A stretch of DNA of 62,300 nucleotides from Candidatus Nanopelagicaceae bacterium (GCA_035530895.1 DATKTW010000134.1:1-62300); one strand, 5' to 3'. Positions 45,556 through 56,337 are shown, counted from the stretch's first letter. Notes: generated by a model from the sequence alone, not told the origin. A program made the numbers and translations.

Positions 45556-46566
45556 ATGAATAGTAATATACTTGAAAAAATTGACGATTTGCTGAAAAAA
45601 GCAAATTTTGAAACATTTATGTTAGATAATTTTTCCAATAAAAAAAACAAATTTTGTTTTGATTTACTCGTAAAAAAGAACGATACTATATTCAGCGTGA
45701 AAGTCTTTACGAACATCGATAATTTAAACGCTGAAATAGTTAACGATATTAAATCATTGTCTACGCTGCTAAAATCTAAACCGTTATTAATAGGGATTAA
45801 AAATCGATACAATGATTTAGAAGACAATACTATTTATATTAGAGAAGGTCTACCGTTCATTACTTTAACGACTTTAGAAAACATAATTGATAAAGGGTTA
45901 TATCCCTACATTCTGGCGAGAAGAGGTGGTGGTATAATGTTTTTGAACGGGAACGCTATGAAAGTCATTAGAGAAAAGCAGGAAATATCACGAAAAGAAT
46001 TATCAGAGTTACTTGGTGTAACAAAACGCACTCTATGTGCTTACGAAAATGAAAGCATGCGTCCTTCTGAAAAAATCGCTAAAAAATTATCAAATATCCT
46101 AGAAAATAACGAAATCTTTAGGAAAATTAATCTTTTTGAATGGAATTTCAAATTTGAAATTGATTGGAAAGAACCTCGAAAGCATGTTGCTCGTAATTCT
46201 TTTGAAACCCACCTTCAAGCAGTTTTGGACGACATTGGAGTTAGTTCTTATTGGTACAAAAATAGCCCAATTCCGTTTAAATTATCTTTATATTCCAAAG
46301 TTTCTGGCGAGAATAAGGAAAGAAGTGTCTATCCTCTTTTTTCGGGCGTTTCAGAAGAGGATAAAAAGATTAACGAACTTAGTCTCAATTGTTTAAATAT
46401 GTTCAACGAATTATTTCACATAAATTCTCTCTTTATCGTAAATAACGACATCAAAATACCAGATTCGTTAAGAAAAATTAGAGTTCCCATTGTTAAAATT
46501 AGAAATTTAGAAAAAATAGATGACGAAGAGGAATTTATTGACCTCGTCCAAGAATCAGGAATTTAA
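45556..46566 (+). CDS. archaeal predicted transcriptional regulator with central XRE-type HTH (COG1395-like)
   Basis: 336 aa. Central IREKQEISRKELSELLGVTKRTLCAYENESMRPS. Confidence 0.55.
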   Translation: MNSNILEKIDDLLKKANFETFMLDNFSNKKNKFCFDLLVKKNDTIFSVKVFTNIDNLNAEIVNDIKSLSTLLKSKPLLIGIKNRYNDLEDNTIYIREGLPFITLTTLENIIDKGLYPYILARRGGGIMFLNGNAMKVIREKQEISRKELSELLGVTKRTLCAYENESMRPSEKIAKKLSNILENNEIFRKINLFEWNFKFEIDWKEPRKHVARNSFETHLQAVLDDIGVSSYWYKNSPIPFKLSLYSKVSGENKERSVYPLFSGVSEEDKKINELSLNCLNMFNELFHINSLFIVNNDIKIPDSLRKIRVPIVKIRNLEKIDDEEEFIDLVQESGI

Positions 46567-47236
46567 CCACGAAGTTATTTGTGGTATTGACGAGGCGGGA
46601 AGAGGTCCCGTTTTAGGGCCAATGGTAATTTGTGGAGTGTGTTTTTTCGAAGCTGAGCTAAAATTGCTTTCCGATATCGGAGTTAAGGATTCAAAGAAAC
46701 TATCTTCCAAAAAACGGTCTGAACTAGCTAAAATAATAAAGAATAAATGTAAAAATTATAAGACCATTATCGTTTCGGCTCAAGAAATCGACGCGAGAGA
46801 AAAAAAAAGAATTACTTTGAATAGACTTGAAGAAATTAAGATGGCAGAAATTATTGAAGCGTTAAAGCCCAACATTATTTATATCGACGCTGCAGACGTG
46901 AACGAGGTAAGGTTTGCGAAATCTATCAAAACACTTCTTAAATATTCGCCTAATAAAATAATATCTAAACATAAAGCAGATGATTTATATCCGATCGTCT
47001 CAGCTAGCTCAATAATTGCAAAAGATATGAGAGATAGCATTGTTGAAGAACTAAAAAAGAATTATGGGGATTTCGGATCAGGATATCCCTCCGATACGCG
47101 AACTATAGAATTTCTGAGAGAATGGATAAAAGAAAAGAAAAAAGCTCCACCGTTCGCAAGAAAATCTTGGGAAACTACGAAAAATATATTCAGAGAGGAA
47201 ATTTCTAACACTAAGATAACTGATTTTGTAAAATGA
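46520..47236 (+). CDS. rnhB: ribonuclease HII
   Basis: ICGIDEAGRGPVLGPMVI catalytic block, DSKKLS and ASIIAK motifs. The annotated start overlaps the upstream gene by 47 nt, so the true start may be downstream. Confidence 0.85.
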   Translation: MTKRNLLTSSKNQEFNHEVICGIDEAGRGPVLGPMVICGVCFFEAELKLLSDIGVKDSKKLSSKKRSELAKIIKNKCKNYKTIIVSAQEIDAREKKRITLNRLEEIKMAEIIEALKPNIIYIDAADVNEVRFAKSIKTLLKYSPNKIISKHKADDLYPIVSASSIIAKDMRDSIVEELKKNYGDFGSGYPSDTRTIEFLREWIKEKKKAPPFARKSWETTKNIFREEISNTKITDFVK

Positions 47237-47276
47237 GATTCAGATCGATATAAAATATAATTTCCTCTATTTTAAA

Positions 47277-47966
47277 TTATTTTTGAACAGTTAAAATAAT
47301 GTGATTCGCAGCATAGTTATGAATGTTTATGTTATCGATTATTACATAACCTGCTTTCTCAAGAACATTTTTTTCTTGAATATAAATTTTTTCAGATTTT
47401 TGTACGCTGTCAATTGATTGAGATTTTATCGCGAGAATTAAAAATCCATTATTTTTTAGATAGTAATTGCAATTTTCAATGGCTATTTGGGCTTGGTTAG
47501 GTTGAGCGATGTCTTGATAGACTAGATCAATAGGAGTAAAAATAGACTTAGCATAACTTTCTGGAAAATTAGCGTTACCTAATATTGGAACGATATTCTT
47601 TCTTTTTTCGGTGTTTTGAATCAATTGTCTTATGCTACGCTCAGCAAATTCGACTCCGTAAATAACTCCATCGTATACGATGTCCGAAAGATGAGAAATT
47701 GTAGTTCCAGAGGATGCACCTAAATACAAACAATTTAAATCTTTTCTCAAGAATTCCAACGAGGGTTTTTCCAATATCATCGCAGCTAATTTGCTTCTAA
47801 AGGGATCCCATTCTCGGTATTCTTCTCCTTTAAAAGTAATTACTTTCTCTCCATATACCTTATTGCCAGGAACTAAGTTTTTAGAATAAAGTTTTGGATT
47901 CTGAGGTAACCCCGAGATATAAACGTTAGAATATTTTGGATGTGGTCTAATATTAATAGTGCTCAA
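47277..47966 (-). CDS. flpA: fibrillarin (rRNA/tRNA 2'-O-methyltransferase)
   Basis: EYREWDPFRSKLAA, YLGASSGTTISH SAM-binding motif. I prefer TTG at 47966, which is preceded by GGGAGGT (9-nt spacer) and lies just after the nop5 stop, over the track start 48035 that overlaps nop5. Confidence 0.85.
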   Translation of the reverse strand: MSTINIRPHPKYSNVYISGLPQNPKLYSKNLVPGNKVYGEKVITFKGEEYREWDPFRSKLAAMILEKPSLEFLRKDLNCLYLGASSGTTISHLSDIVYDGVIYGVEFAERSIRQLIQNTEKRKNIVPILGNANFPESYAKSIFTPIDLVYQDIAQPNQAQIAIENCNYYLKNNGFLILAIKSQSIDSVQKSEKIYIQEKNVLEKAGYVIIDNINIHNYAANHIILTVQK

Positions 47967-47973
47967 TTTAATT

Positions 47974-49209
47974 TTACCTCCCTTTTTTTTTACTTGTTTG
48001 TTTTTTATTCGATCTAATCTTAGTCTTGGGTTCACTTCTTTTTAGTGGAGGTTTTGGATATTTCTTCTCAATTTCTTGGATTTTTTCGTTTATTTCCTTT
48101 GAAAGCACATCGGCTACAAACTCTCCTCTAAAATAATCTACTTTTGCTGAAATACCAATTTTTCCAGATATCACTCTAGATATCTTCCCTCTATTCCAGG
48201 GCTTACTTCCTCGGATTTGATTCCACTGAAAAATTAATCCGTGTTTTGGGCGTTTTTCGCCGGTTTTAAGGAACCTATATAAAGCTTTCTCAGCCCCCAA
48301 GAGTTGAATCCTTGAAGCTGGCATGAATGCTAATTTTTTTAAACTTCCCGCCTTTGCTATTAGTTTCGCCCCAATTAAACCTCCAACTAAAGCAAAGAGA
48401 TTTGGAGCAACTTGTTCCATTAATGTATCTAAATAATCCTCTAATTCTTGCCTAAAATCGTCCAAAGATAAAATTTCATTAGCATATTTTTTAATTATGC
48501 TAAGATCAATATCCGCTCCCATTGATTGGGAAGCCAACTTTTGCAACATATTAATTCTCGATTCTTTAAAACTAAACTCTTGTTCGATCTTTTCAAAAGT
48601 GAAATTATCTCGTTTTCCTAAAATAGTAATTAATTTTGCAATAAGGATATTTTCTTCTATAAATTTATCAGTTAGTTCCGGAAAATGCAAACCATACCAT
48701 TCTCTCATGCGACTTGAGAACAAACTTATCGATTTTTTAAGAATATCCAATGTTTCTATGATTTGAATGACTTCTACATCTCCCTTACTCCCAAACTCAC
48801 TAACTTTCTCTTTAATCAATTGTTCTTCAACGATCTTAAAGAAAAAAAGAATTTCGTCTCGTGTTTTAGTGATACCTATTTTTTTTAATTGATCGCTGAG
48901 ATTAAAGCGAAAATTTTTAAATTCTAAAGAAAATTTTTCAAAGGAAGTGTTGTATCCTAACTTTTGCTTTGTTAAATCCTTTAGTTTTTTATTATCAAAC
49001 ACAAAATCATCAAAACCAGAACTATTTAGTTCAGTCATAAAGTCTGAGTATTCTTCAGAAAGAATACCGCTATTTAATGATTTATAAAAACTTATAGATT
49101 TTTCAATATCATCTAAAAAATCAATATAATTAAGGAAATTTCCTCCATCATCAATAGCATATATTCCTATTAAAGAATCAATAATATAACATCTCATTAT
49201 TCTAAACAC
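47974..49209 (-). CDS. nop5: Nop56/58 (Nop5) C/D box sRNP core protein
   Basis: 411 aa. NOP domain blocks (LGAEKALYRFLKTG.. PKHGLIF) and a lysine-rich C-terminal tail. Confidence 0.85.
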   Translation of the reverse strand: MFRIMRCYIIDSLIGIYAIDDGGNFLNYIDFLDDIEKSISFYKSLNSGILSEEYSDFMTELNSSGFDDFVFDNKKLKDLTKQKLGYNTSFEKFSLEFKNFRFNLSDQLKKIGITKTRDEILFFFKIVEEQLIKEKVSEFGSKGDVEVIQIIETLDILKKSISLFSSRMREWYGLHFPELTDKFIEENILIAKLITILGKRDNFTFEKIEQEFSFKESRINMLQKLASQSMGADIDLSIIKKYANEILSLDDFRQELEDYLDTLMEQVAPNLFALVGGLIGAKLIAKAGSLKKLAFMPASRIQLLGAEKALYRFLKTGEKRPKHGLIFQWNQIRGSKPWNRGKISRVISGKIGISAKVDYFRGEFVADVLSKEINEKIQEIEKKYPKPPLKRSEPKTKIRSNKKQTSKKKGR

Positions 49210-49267
49210 TTGCCGTACTAAAATTTCTCAAATAATAATAATAATAATTTCTTACATAATAATAGTA

Positions 49268-50194
49268 ATGCTTGAACTAAATATTTCTGAGTTAAAATTA
49301 AAATCTCCTTTAATTTTAGCTTCTGGCATTTTAGGAGTTTCTTATTCTACAATGAAAAGGCTAGTTGACGAAGGATTAGGTGCTATAACAACTAAATCAA
49401 TAGGTTTAAAGCCAAGAAAGGGATATAAAAATCCTTCAATCGTTGAAGTCTACCCAGGCACATTTTTGAATAGTGTAGGACTGGGAAATCCGGGAATAGA
49501 TAACTTTATAACAGAAATTAAAGAAATAAAGAAATATAAGTTTCCGTTAATTGTAAGTGTGTTTGGAAATACTATCGAATCTTATATAAAGGTTGCATTA
49601 AAAGCAGAACAAGCAGGCGCCGATGCTATAGAAATAAATATATCATGTCCTCATGCCGAGGTTTCTAGCATTGGTATTAATAAAAATCTTACTTTTTCGA
49701 TTGTTAAATCAATGAAAGAGGAGCTTAAGGTTCCACTATTTGTTAAATTGAATCCCAATGTGACTAACTTAGGAGAGATTGCCTTAGCAGCTCAGAACGG
49801 GGGTGCTGATGCTGTAGTAGCCATTAATACCCTTGCTGCTATGAAAGTAGATATTAATACAAAAAGACCGATTTTGTCACATGGAAGTGGAGGACTTTCA
49901 GGAAAAGCTATACATCCAATTGCTGTAAAAATGGTTTATGATTTATACAAAATATTAGAAATTCCCATAATCGGATGTGGAGGAACTTCAAATTGGCAAG
50001 ATGTTATAGAATTTATCCTAGTAGGGGCTTCTGCTGTTCAAATTGGGACGGTTTTGCATCAAGGTTTAGATATTATTACTTATATTATTAACGGGTTAAA
50101 GAAGTTTCTTAAGGATAATGAATATAGCTCAATTTCTGAGTTAAAAGGATTAGCACATGAATTTAAAACCCAGGAGGTTCCCGATTTTGACTAA
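49268..50194 (+). CDS. pyrD: dihydroorotate dehydrogenase, class 1B catalytic subunit
   Basis: 308 aa. NSVGLGNPG, EINISCPH, GGLSGKAIHPIA and IIGCGG blocks. Confidence 0.85.
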   Translation: MLELNISELKLKSPLILASGILGVSYSTMKRLVDEGLGAITTKSIGLKPRKGYKNPSIVEVYPGTFLNSVGLGNPGIDNFITEIKEIKKYKFPLIVSVFGNTIESYIKVALKAEQAGADAIEINISCPHAEVSSIGINKNLTFSIVKSMKEELKVPLFVKLNPNVTNLGEIALAAQNGGADAVVAINTLAAMKVDINTKRPILSHGSGGLSGKAIHPIAVKMVYDLYKILEIPIIGCGGTSNWQDVIEFILVGASAVQIGTVLHQGLDIITYIINGLKKFLKDNEYSSISELKGLAHEFKTQEVPDFD

Positions 50195-50198
50195 AAAT

Positions 50199-51023
50199 AT
50201 GATTGAAACGGTGAAGATTAAAGCAATCATAGATGAGTGTGATGGGGTAAAAACATTCGTATTTGAGAGAAACGATACAAGTGTTCCTAAACCTGGACAA
50301 TTCGTAATGATATGGGTACCAGGCGTTGATGAAATTCCAATGTCGGTATCTTCCTACAAAGAAAACGGAGAATGGGCCATAACAGTTAAAAATATTGGAG
50401 AGTGTACTAATTCAATTCACGAGCTAAAGATTGGGGATTTTATTGGAGTACGAGGACCATTAGGTAACTTTTTTAAAATTCCTCAAGAGACGAATAAAAT
50501 TATATTTTTAATTGGAGGAGGTATAGGAATGGTTCCACTAAGATTTTTAGCCTCTGAACTCCTCAAATTAGGATATAAATTTAAAATAATTGAAGGTGCG
50601 AAAGTAGAAGACGAAATATTATTTGTAAACGAGTTTCTTGAATACCACCAGGAGGATTTAGAATTTCATTTTTGTACTGATGATGGTAGTTATGGCGAAA
50701 AGGAGGTTGCAACAGAGTTATTTGAGCATATAATTGAAAATTTAAATGTAGAAGATGTAAAAAACAGTGTTGTTTTTACGTGTGGTCCTGAAATAATGAT
50801 GCATAAAATCCTCCAACTTTGCGAAGAGAAAAAAATTGAAATGTACGCGAGCCTTGAAAGAATTATGAGGTGCGGATGTGGATTATGTGGATTATGTGTT
50901 TTAGATCCTATTGGATTATTAGTTTGTAATGATGGACCTATTTTTAGTTTAAAATCTTTAACAGAAATCAAAGATTTTGGGAATTATGAGAGAGATTTTG
51001 CAGGAAAGAAAAACTTAATATAA
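50199..51023 (+). CDS. pyrK: dihydroorotate dehydrogenase electron-transfer subunit
   Basis: FAD/NAD-binding fold plus C-terminal CGCGLCGLC [2Fe-2S] motif. ATG 50199 sits 4 nt after the pyrD stop and is preferred over 50157. Confidence 0.8.
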   Translation: MIETVKIKAIIDECDGVKTFVFERNDTSVPKPGQFVMIWVPGVDEIPMSVSSYKENGEWAITVKNIGECTNSIHELKIGDFIGVRGPLGNFFKIPQETNKIIFLIGGGIGMVPLRFLASELLKLGYKFKIIEGAKVEDEILFVNEFLEYHQEDLEFHFCTDDGSYGEKEVATELFEHIIENLNVEDVKNSVVFTCGPEIMMHKILQLCEEKKIEMYASLERIMRCGCGLCGLCVLDPIGLLVCNDGPIFSLKSLTEIKDFGNYERDFAGKKNLI

Positions 51024-51068
51024 TAAATCTATTTATGAAACCAAAAAGAAAAGCATTTTTTTCACACT

Positions 51069-52715
51069 TTGCATAATATATCATATAGAATGAATGAGTT
51101 AACAGATTCAGAAACAATCAAAAAGATTTCAAGAGAAATTATTGACTATTTAATGATTCATCCGAACTTTCCCCAGCAGAAAATCACGAACTTAAAAGGG
51201 AAATTTGGAAAGAAGTATAATTTTCATAAAGTTATTAAAAACGCTCAAATCTTACATCATGCTGACGAAGAAGAATTAAGAGTTATTAATCAACTCTTAA
51301 AAAGAAGAATTACGAGAACTATTTCAGGCGTTTCTGTTATTGCAATAATGACAAAACCTCTTCCTTGTCCCGGAAATTGTGTTTACTGTCCAGGGCAAGA
51401 GTCTCAACCAAATCAAAAGGTTGCTCAATCGTACACAGGTCATGAACCGGCTGCGATGAGATCTATCCATAATAATTATGACCCCTATGAACAAGTACAG
51501 AGTAGAATCAGAGATTTAGAGGCAATTGGCCATGTTGTAGATAAAATCGAGCTTATTTGCATGGGAGGGACTTTCTTATCCTCACCTGTCGATTATCAAG
51601 AAGAATTCATCAAAGGAGCATACGAAGGGATCGTAGAGAGGAGAACTGATAATTTAGAGGAAATAAAAAAAATTGCAGAAAAATCAAAAAGGAGACTAAT
51701 AGGATTGACAATTGAAACTAGACCTGATTATTGCACAGAGCCATATGTAGACATGATGCTTAATTATGGAACTACACGGGTTGAAATTGGGATTCAAACA
51801 GTACTAGATGATGTTTATAAAAAAGTGAATAGAGGGCATACAACCCAAGACAGTATCAATGCTATAAGGATTGCAAAAGACGCTGGTTTAAAAATTAATG
51901 CTCATATTATGCCTAATCTTCCCGGTTCTAATTATTCTAAGGATTTAGAGATGTTCGATTATCTTTTTTCTTCTCCTGATTATCGCCCAGATATGTTAAA
52001 AATTTACCCTTGTTTAGTAATTAAAGGAACTAAATTATACGATTGGTGGAAAGAAGGTGAATTTACACCATATTCATTAGATGAATTGATTGATTTAATA
52101 TCAAATGTAAAACAAAATATTCCTTCTTATGTGAGAATACAGAGAATTATGAGAGATATTCCTGCGTTTCTAATTGAAGCAGGATGCAAAAAAAGTAATT
52201 TAAGACAATTAGTACACAAAAGATTAGATGAACTTAATTCTAAATGTAATTGCATAAGATGTCGAGAATATGGAATCGCTAAAAAATCAAAAATTATAGA
52301 TGAAAATATATTTGAAGATATTAAATTATATCGTTATGATTATGAAGCTTCTAATGGACAAGAAACATTTCTATCTTATGAAAATAAAAAGGAAGATTAT
52401 CTTGTAGCATACTTGAGATTAAGGAAACCTTCAGAACATGTTCATAGACGCGAATTGAACGATGGAAAAACAATGATAGTAAGGGAAGTTAAAGTTGTCG
52501 GCGAACTAGTTCCTAAAGATAAAAAACCGCGAAATACCCAACTCCAACATCGCGGATTTGGCAAACTACTGATGGAAAATGCTGAAAAAATTGCTCTTGA
52601 AGATTTCGACTCTAAAAAATTAGCTGTAATAAGTGGTATAGGTGTGAGGGACTGGTTTTATGAGATTGGTTATGCTCTTGATGGATGCTATGTCTCAAAA
52701 ACCTTAAATGATTAA
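51069..52715 (+). CDS. elp3: Elp3-type radical SAM / GNAT tRNA uridine(34) modification enzyme
   Basis: 548 aa. CPGNCVYCPG radical-SAM cluster and a C-terminal acetyltransferase domain (QHRGFGKLLM). Confidence 0.85.
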   Translation: MHNISYRMNELTDSETIKKISREIIDYLMIHPNFPQQKITNLKGKFGKKYNFHKVIKNAQILHHADEEELRVINQLLKRRITRTISGVSVIAIMTKPLPCPGNCVYCPGQESQPNQKVAQSYTGHEPAAMRSIHNNYDPYEQVQSRIRDLEAIGHVVDKIELICMGGTFLSSPVDYQEEFIKGAYEGIVERRTDNLEEIKKIAEKSKRRLIGLTIETRPDYCTEPYVDMMLNYGTTRVEIGIQTVLDDVYKKVNRGHTTQDSINAIRIAKDAGLKINAHIMPNLPGSNYSKDLEMFDYLFSSPDYRPDMLKIYPCLVIKGTKLYDWWKEGEFTPYSLDELIDLISNVKQNIPSYVRIQRIMRDIPAFLIEAGCKKSNLRQLVHKRLDELNSKCNCIRCREYGIAKKSKIIDENIFEDIKLYRYDYEASNGQETFLSYENKKEDYLVAYLRLRKPSEHVHRRELNDGKTMIVREVKVVGELVPKDKKPRNTQLQHRGFGKLLMENAEKIALEDFDSKKLAVISGIGVRDWFYEIGYALDGCYVSKTLND

Positions 52716-52958
52716 TTTTTTCTATTACTTAGAAATATACGAAAAGAATTGTTAGCATAAAGGTTTACGTTTCGTTTTAAAATGGCTTTTATTCGGTTTA
52801 TTTTAATAAGCATTTTATCAGCTGCTTAAAGACAATAAAAACAAGTTTGATTTCCTAGCTTAATGAACTAAATTTTAGATTTTACATACAATATATTAAA
52901 ATTATAAAATGAATTAAACAGTTCATAGTAGTAGTATATTATTCTTAAATGATTTATT

Positions 52959-54878
52959 ATGTTTAATTTCGATTATGAAGAATTGGGATTAAAATGCGGC
53001 TTAGAAATTCATCAGCAGCTTGACACGGACACAAAATTGTTTTGTAGATGCCCAAGTAAACTTCAAGGAACTAGGGAGCCAGATTTTAATACATTGAGAT
53101 ATATGAGACCCGTTTTGGGAGAAATGGGCACATTTGATAAAGCTATGCTAACGGAATATAAAAAGGGTAAAACTATCATCTATGAAGGTTACAACGATGT
53201 TATTTGTACGTATGAGTTAGACGATACTCCCCCGTTTTCCTGTAACGAGGAAGCTAGAAAAATTGCATTAGAAATAGCTTTACTTCTTTACGCAAATATT
53301 ATTGAGGAGATGCACGTAAGTAGGAAAAATTATCTTGATGGAAGCGTCCCTTCTGGGTTTCAACGCACGATGATTTTAGGAACAGATGGATATATAACGT
53401 TGAAGAACAATAAAAAAATCAGAATCGATATCTTAAGTTTAGAAGAAGAAGCTGCTAGGAAAATAAAAACTGAAAATAAAACTAATTTTTATCGATTAGA
53501 TCGCCTTGGAATTCCATTAGTAGAAGTAACAACTAAACCAGATATAAATACTCCTGAAGAATGTAGAGAATGTGCTGAAAGAATTGGATTACTACTGTGG
53601 ATAACCAATGTAAAAAAAGTACTTGGCTCAATTAGGCAAGATATCAATGTAAGCATTAAATCTGGAACCAGGATTGAAATTAAAGGAGTCCAAAAATTGA
53701 GTTGGATACCCAAATTAATTAACCAGGAAATTTCACGTCAGCTCAAACTAATAGAAATTAAAGAAGAACTAAAAAATCGAAAAATAAGTGAAAATGATAT
53801 CCCTCAAGAGCCTGTAGATTTAACTAGTTTAATGGGAAAGACTAAATCTAAGTTCATTGCAAATGGAATTAAATCAGGAAAAAAACTCTATGGATTTAAT
53901 TTTAAAGGTTTCAAGGATATTTTTGGAAAAGAGCTAATGGAGGATTATAGATTCGGTACTGAAGTAAGTAGTAAGATGAAAGTTATTTCTGGTTTAAAGG
54001 GGTTAATTCATTCTGACGAAAATTTAGATAAATATAATTTATCTGAAGAAGATATTAAAAAGGTTCAAAATAAATTGAATTCGAAAGATAACGATTGTTT
54101 TGTTTTAGTTCTGGGATCTGTTAAAGAACTTAATAAAGCAGCAGAAATAATCATTAATCGAATTAAATATGTTTTTAAAGGCGTTCCGCCTGAGACAAGA
54201 AAGGCATTTGAGAATGGAACTACTGAGTTTTTGAGAGAATTACACGGTGGAGCACGTTTATATCCTGATACAGATTCACAAGCAATAATGAATACAGCGG
54301 AAGAAATTAAACAAATTCAAAACATTTTACCTAATTATCCTTGGGATATAATTGAAGATTATGCTGAAAAATACAAAGTTGAACAGAGATCTGTTAAAAA
54401 ATTAATTTTTAAAGGGAAGTTATCTCTATTTGATAGCTTAATAGACATTTACCCTGCAAAACCTTCAATAGTCATAACAACATTATTAAACACAGCAAAA
54501 GCAATTAACCGAGAAGGAAAAAAAATAGAAAATATAACTAATGACGATTATAAAAAAATTTTCCTAGAATTGAAAAATAAAAAAATAGGAAAGGAAGCTA
54601 TCGAAGATATAATGAGATTGAAAGCAGATTCTCCAAATCTCACTATAGAACAAGCAATCGAGAATTTAAATCTTGAAAGTCTCTCATTTGAAGATTTAAG
54701 AGTTATAATTAATGAAATAGTAAAAAAAAACTTAAAAATCATTAAAGAAAGAGAAATGAGATCTATAGGACCACTAATGGGAGAAGTGATGAAAAAAGTA
54801 CGGGGAAAAATAGATGGTGAGATCGTTTCTAAAGAATTGAAGTTACAGATATCGAACAAATTAAAGGAGATGAAATAA
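52959..54878 (+). CDS. gatE: Glu-tRNA(Gln) amidotransferase subunit E
   Basis: 639 aa. N-terminus GLKCGLEIHQQL...KLFC and GatB/E-type domains. Immediately followed by gatD. Confidence 0.9.
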   Translation: MFNFDYEELGLKCGLEIHQQLDTDTKLFCRCPSKLQGTREPDFNTLRYMRPVLGEMGTFDKAMLTEYKKGKTIIYEGYNDVICTYELDDTPPFSCNEEARKIALEIALLLYANIIEEMHVSRKNYLDGSVPSGFQRTMILGTDGYITLKNNKKIRIDILSLEEEAARKIKTENKTNFYRLDRLGIPLVEVTTKPDINTPEECRECAERIGLLLWITNVKKVLGSIRQDINVSIKSGTRIEIKGVQKLSWIPKLINQEISRQLKLIEIKEELKNRKISENDIPQEPVDLTSLMGKTKSKFIANGIKSGKKLYGFNFKGFKDIFGKELMEDYRFGTEVSSKMKVISGLKGLIHSDENLDKYNLSEEDIKKVQNKLNSKDNDCFVLVLGSVKELNKAAEIIINRIKYVFKGVPPETRKAFENGTTEFLRELHGGARLYPDTDSQAIMNTAEEIKQIQNILPNYPWDIIEDYAEKYKVEQRSVKKLIFKGKLSLFDSLIDIYPAKPSIVITTLLNTAKAINREGKKIENITNDDYKKIFLELKNKKIGKEAIEDIMRLKADSPNLTIEQAIENLNLESLSFEDLRVIINEIVKKNLKIIKEREMRSIGPLMGEVMKKVRGKIDGEIVSKELKLQISNKLKEMK

Positions 54879-56237
54879 GTGGAAAATAAACTAAAAGGAT
54901 ATAAAGGCAAATCTATAGATATTTTAAAAAAGTATACAATAGAGATCTGGGATATCATTCAAATTACTACAAATAAAACACAATTAGAAGGAATAGTAAT
55001 GCCAAGAAGTGAATACTCTGCTCCTGATTTTATAGAAATCAAGTTAGAAAACAACTATAACGTTGGAATAAATGTCTCTGATATACAAAATATAAAAAAA
55101 ATTGGACAAAGAGAAGCAAATTACAAATTTCCGGAAAAAGAATTTCCATATAATAAAAATTTGCCTAAGCTTCAATTATTAGGAACTGGAGGAACGGTTG
55201 CTTCAAGATTAGATTATACGACTGGGGCGGTTATACCTTCTTTTACCCCTAGTGAGTTATTTAGCTCCGTTCCTGAATTAGCAGAAATTTGTAATCTTGA
55301 TTGCGAAGTAGTTTTCGAGATATTATCAGAAAATATGAAATTTGAATATTGGCAAAAATTAGCAGAAAAAGTTAAGCAAGCCGTAGATTCTGGTTTTGAA
55401 GGGGTAATTATAGGACATGGAACGGATACTATGACATTTACTAGCGCCGCTTTATCTTTCATGTTAAAAGATTTGTCCATTCCAGTTGTGTTAACAGGGA
55501 GTCAAAGAAGCTCCGATCGCCCTTCTTCTGATGCTGCCTTAAACTTGATAAACGCTGCTACTGTAGCTACTTCTGATATCGCTGAGGTTGTAGTAACTAT
55601 GCTAGGTTCTCCTTCACACGATTATGGATTAATTCATAGGGGAACGCTAGTAAGAAAAATGCATTCCTCAGTAAGAGATACTTTTCGTACTATCGATGAT
55701 ATACCATTAGGAATGGTAAAGGACAGGAAGATTAAAACATTTAAAAATAATTACCGAAAACGAAATCGATCTGAAACTACAATCAAAACGAATTATGAGA
55801 GGAAAATAGCTCTTATTTATTCATATCCTGGAATAGAAAATGAACAAATTGAATTTTATATAGATAAGGGTTATAAAGGTATAGTATTTGCTGGAACTGG
55901 TCTTGGTCATGTGAGTACCTCTATCTATGATTCCATAGAAAGAGCAATACAAGAAAATATAACTATTCTCATGACTACACAGACAATTCATGGTTTTGTT
56001 GGAATGAATGTCTATTCTACAGGAAGAGAGCTTCAAAATTTAGGTGTCATACCTGGAAAAAATCTATTACCTGAAGTCGGATATGTTAAATTAGGATGGG
56101 TGCTAGGGCAGACTAGTGATTCAACAGAAATTAAAAATTTATTGTTGACTAATATTGCAGGTGAATTTATAGAAAGAGAAATTCCAATTGCATTTAACTA
56201 TAATATTGACGAGCTTTTAAGAAATAATAAACTCTAA
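54879..56237 (+). CDS. gatD: Glu-tRNA(Gln) amidotransferase subunit D (asparaginase-like)
   Basis: 452 aa, GTG start adjacent to the gatE stop. GTGGTVAS and HGTDTM asparaginase motifs. Confidence 0.9.
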   Translation: MENKLKGYKGKSIDILKKYTIEIWDIIQITTNKTQLEGIVMPRSEYSAPDFIEIKLENNYNVGINVSDIQNIKKIGQREANYKFPEKEFPYNKNLPKLQLLGTGGTVASRLDYTTGAVIPSFTPSELFSSVPELAEICNLDCEVVFEILSENMKFEYWQKLAEKVKQAVDSGFEGVIIGHGTDTMTFTSAALSFMLKDLSIPVVLTGSQRSSDRPSSDAALNLINAATVATSDIAEVVVTMLGSPSHDYGLIHRGTLVRKMHSSVRDTFRTIDDIPLGMVKDRKIKTFKNNYRKRNRSETTIKTNYERKIALIYSYPGIENEQIEFYIDKGYKGIVFAGTGLGHVSTSIYDSIERAIQENITILMTTQTIHGFVGMNVYSTGRELQNLGVIPGKNLLPEVGYVKLGWVLGQTSDSTEIKNLLLTNIAGEFIEREIPIAFNYNIDELLRNNKL

Positions 56238-56337
56238 TCTAATTCCATATTTTAATCTTAAGAATTAATAAATTCTATCTAAAATAATAAAAAATTTATA
56301 CTTTTATTAATTAATTTATACTAATTCGATATAGTAA

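Noticed and set aside
45552-45827. 91-aa minus-strand ORF, plus the internal plus-strand ORF 46136..46396, at the COG1395-like regulator locus.
   Set aside because: Both are nested within or antisense to the longer 336-aa ORF that carries a clear HTH, so there is no independent support.
49231-49248. (AAT)6 microsatellite in the nop5/pyrD divergent intergenic region.
   Set aside because: It is a short low-complexity tract expected in AT-rich promoters, and no further structure is associated with it.
50890-50907. Tandem 2 x GGATTATGT repeat in pyrK.
   Set aside because: It encodes the conserved CGLCGLC iron-sulfur cluster motif, so it is a consequence of protein sequence rather than an independent DNA element.
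54548-54958. 136-aa minus-strand ORF spanning the gatE/gatD junction.
   Set aside because: It is antisense to two strongly supported, translationally adjacent genes, and its sequence is Ile/Phe/Ser-rich and non-protein-like.
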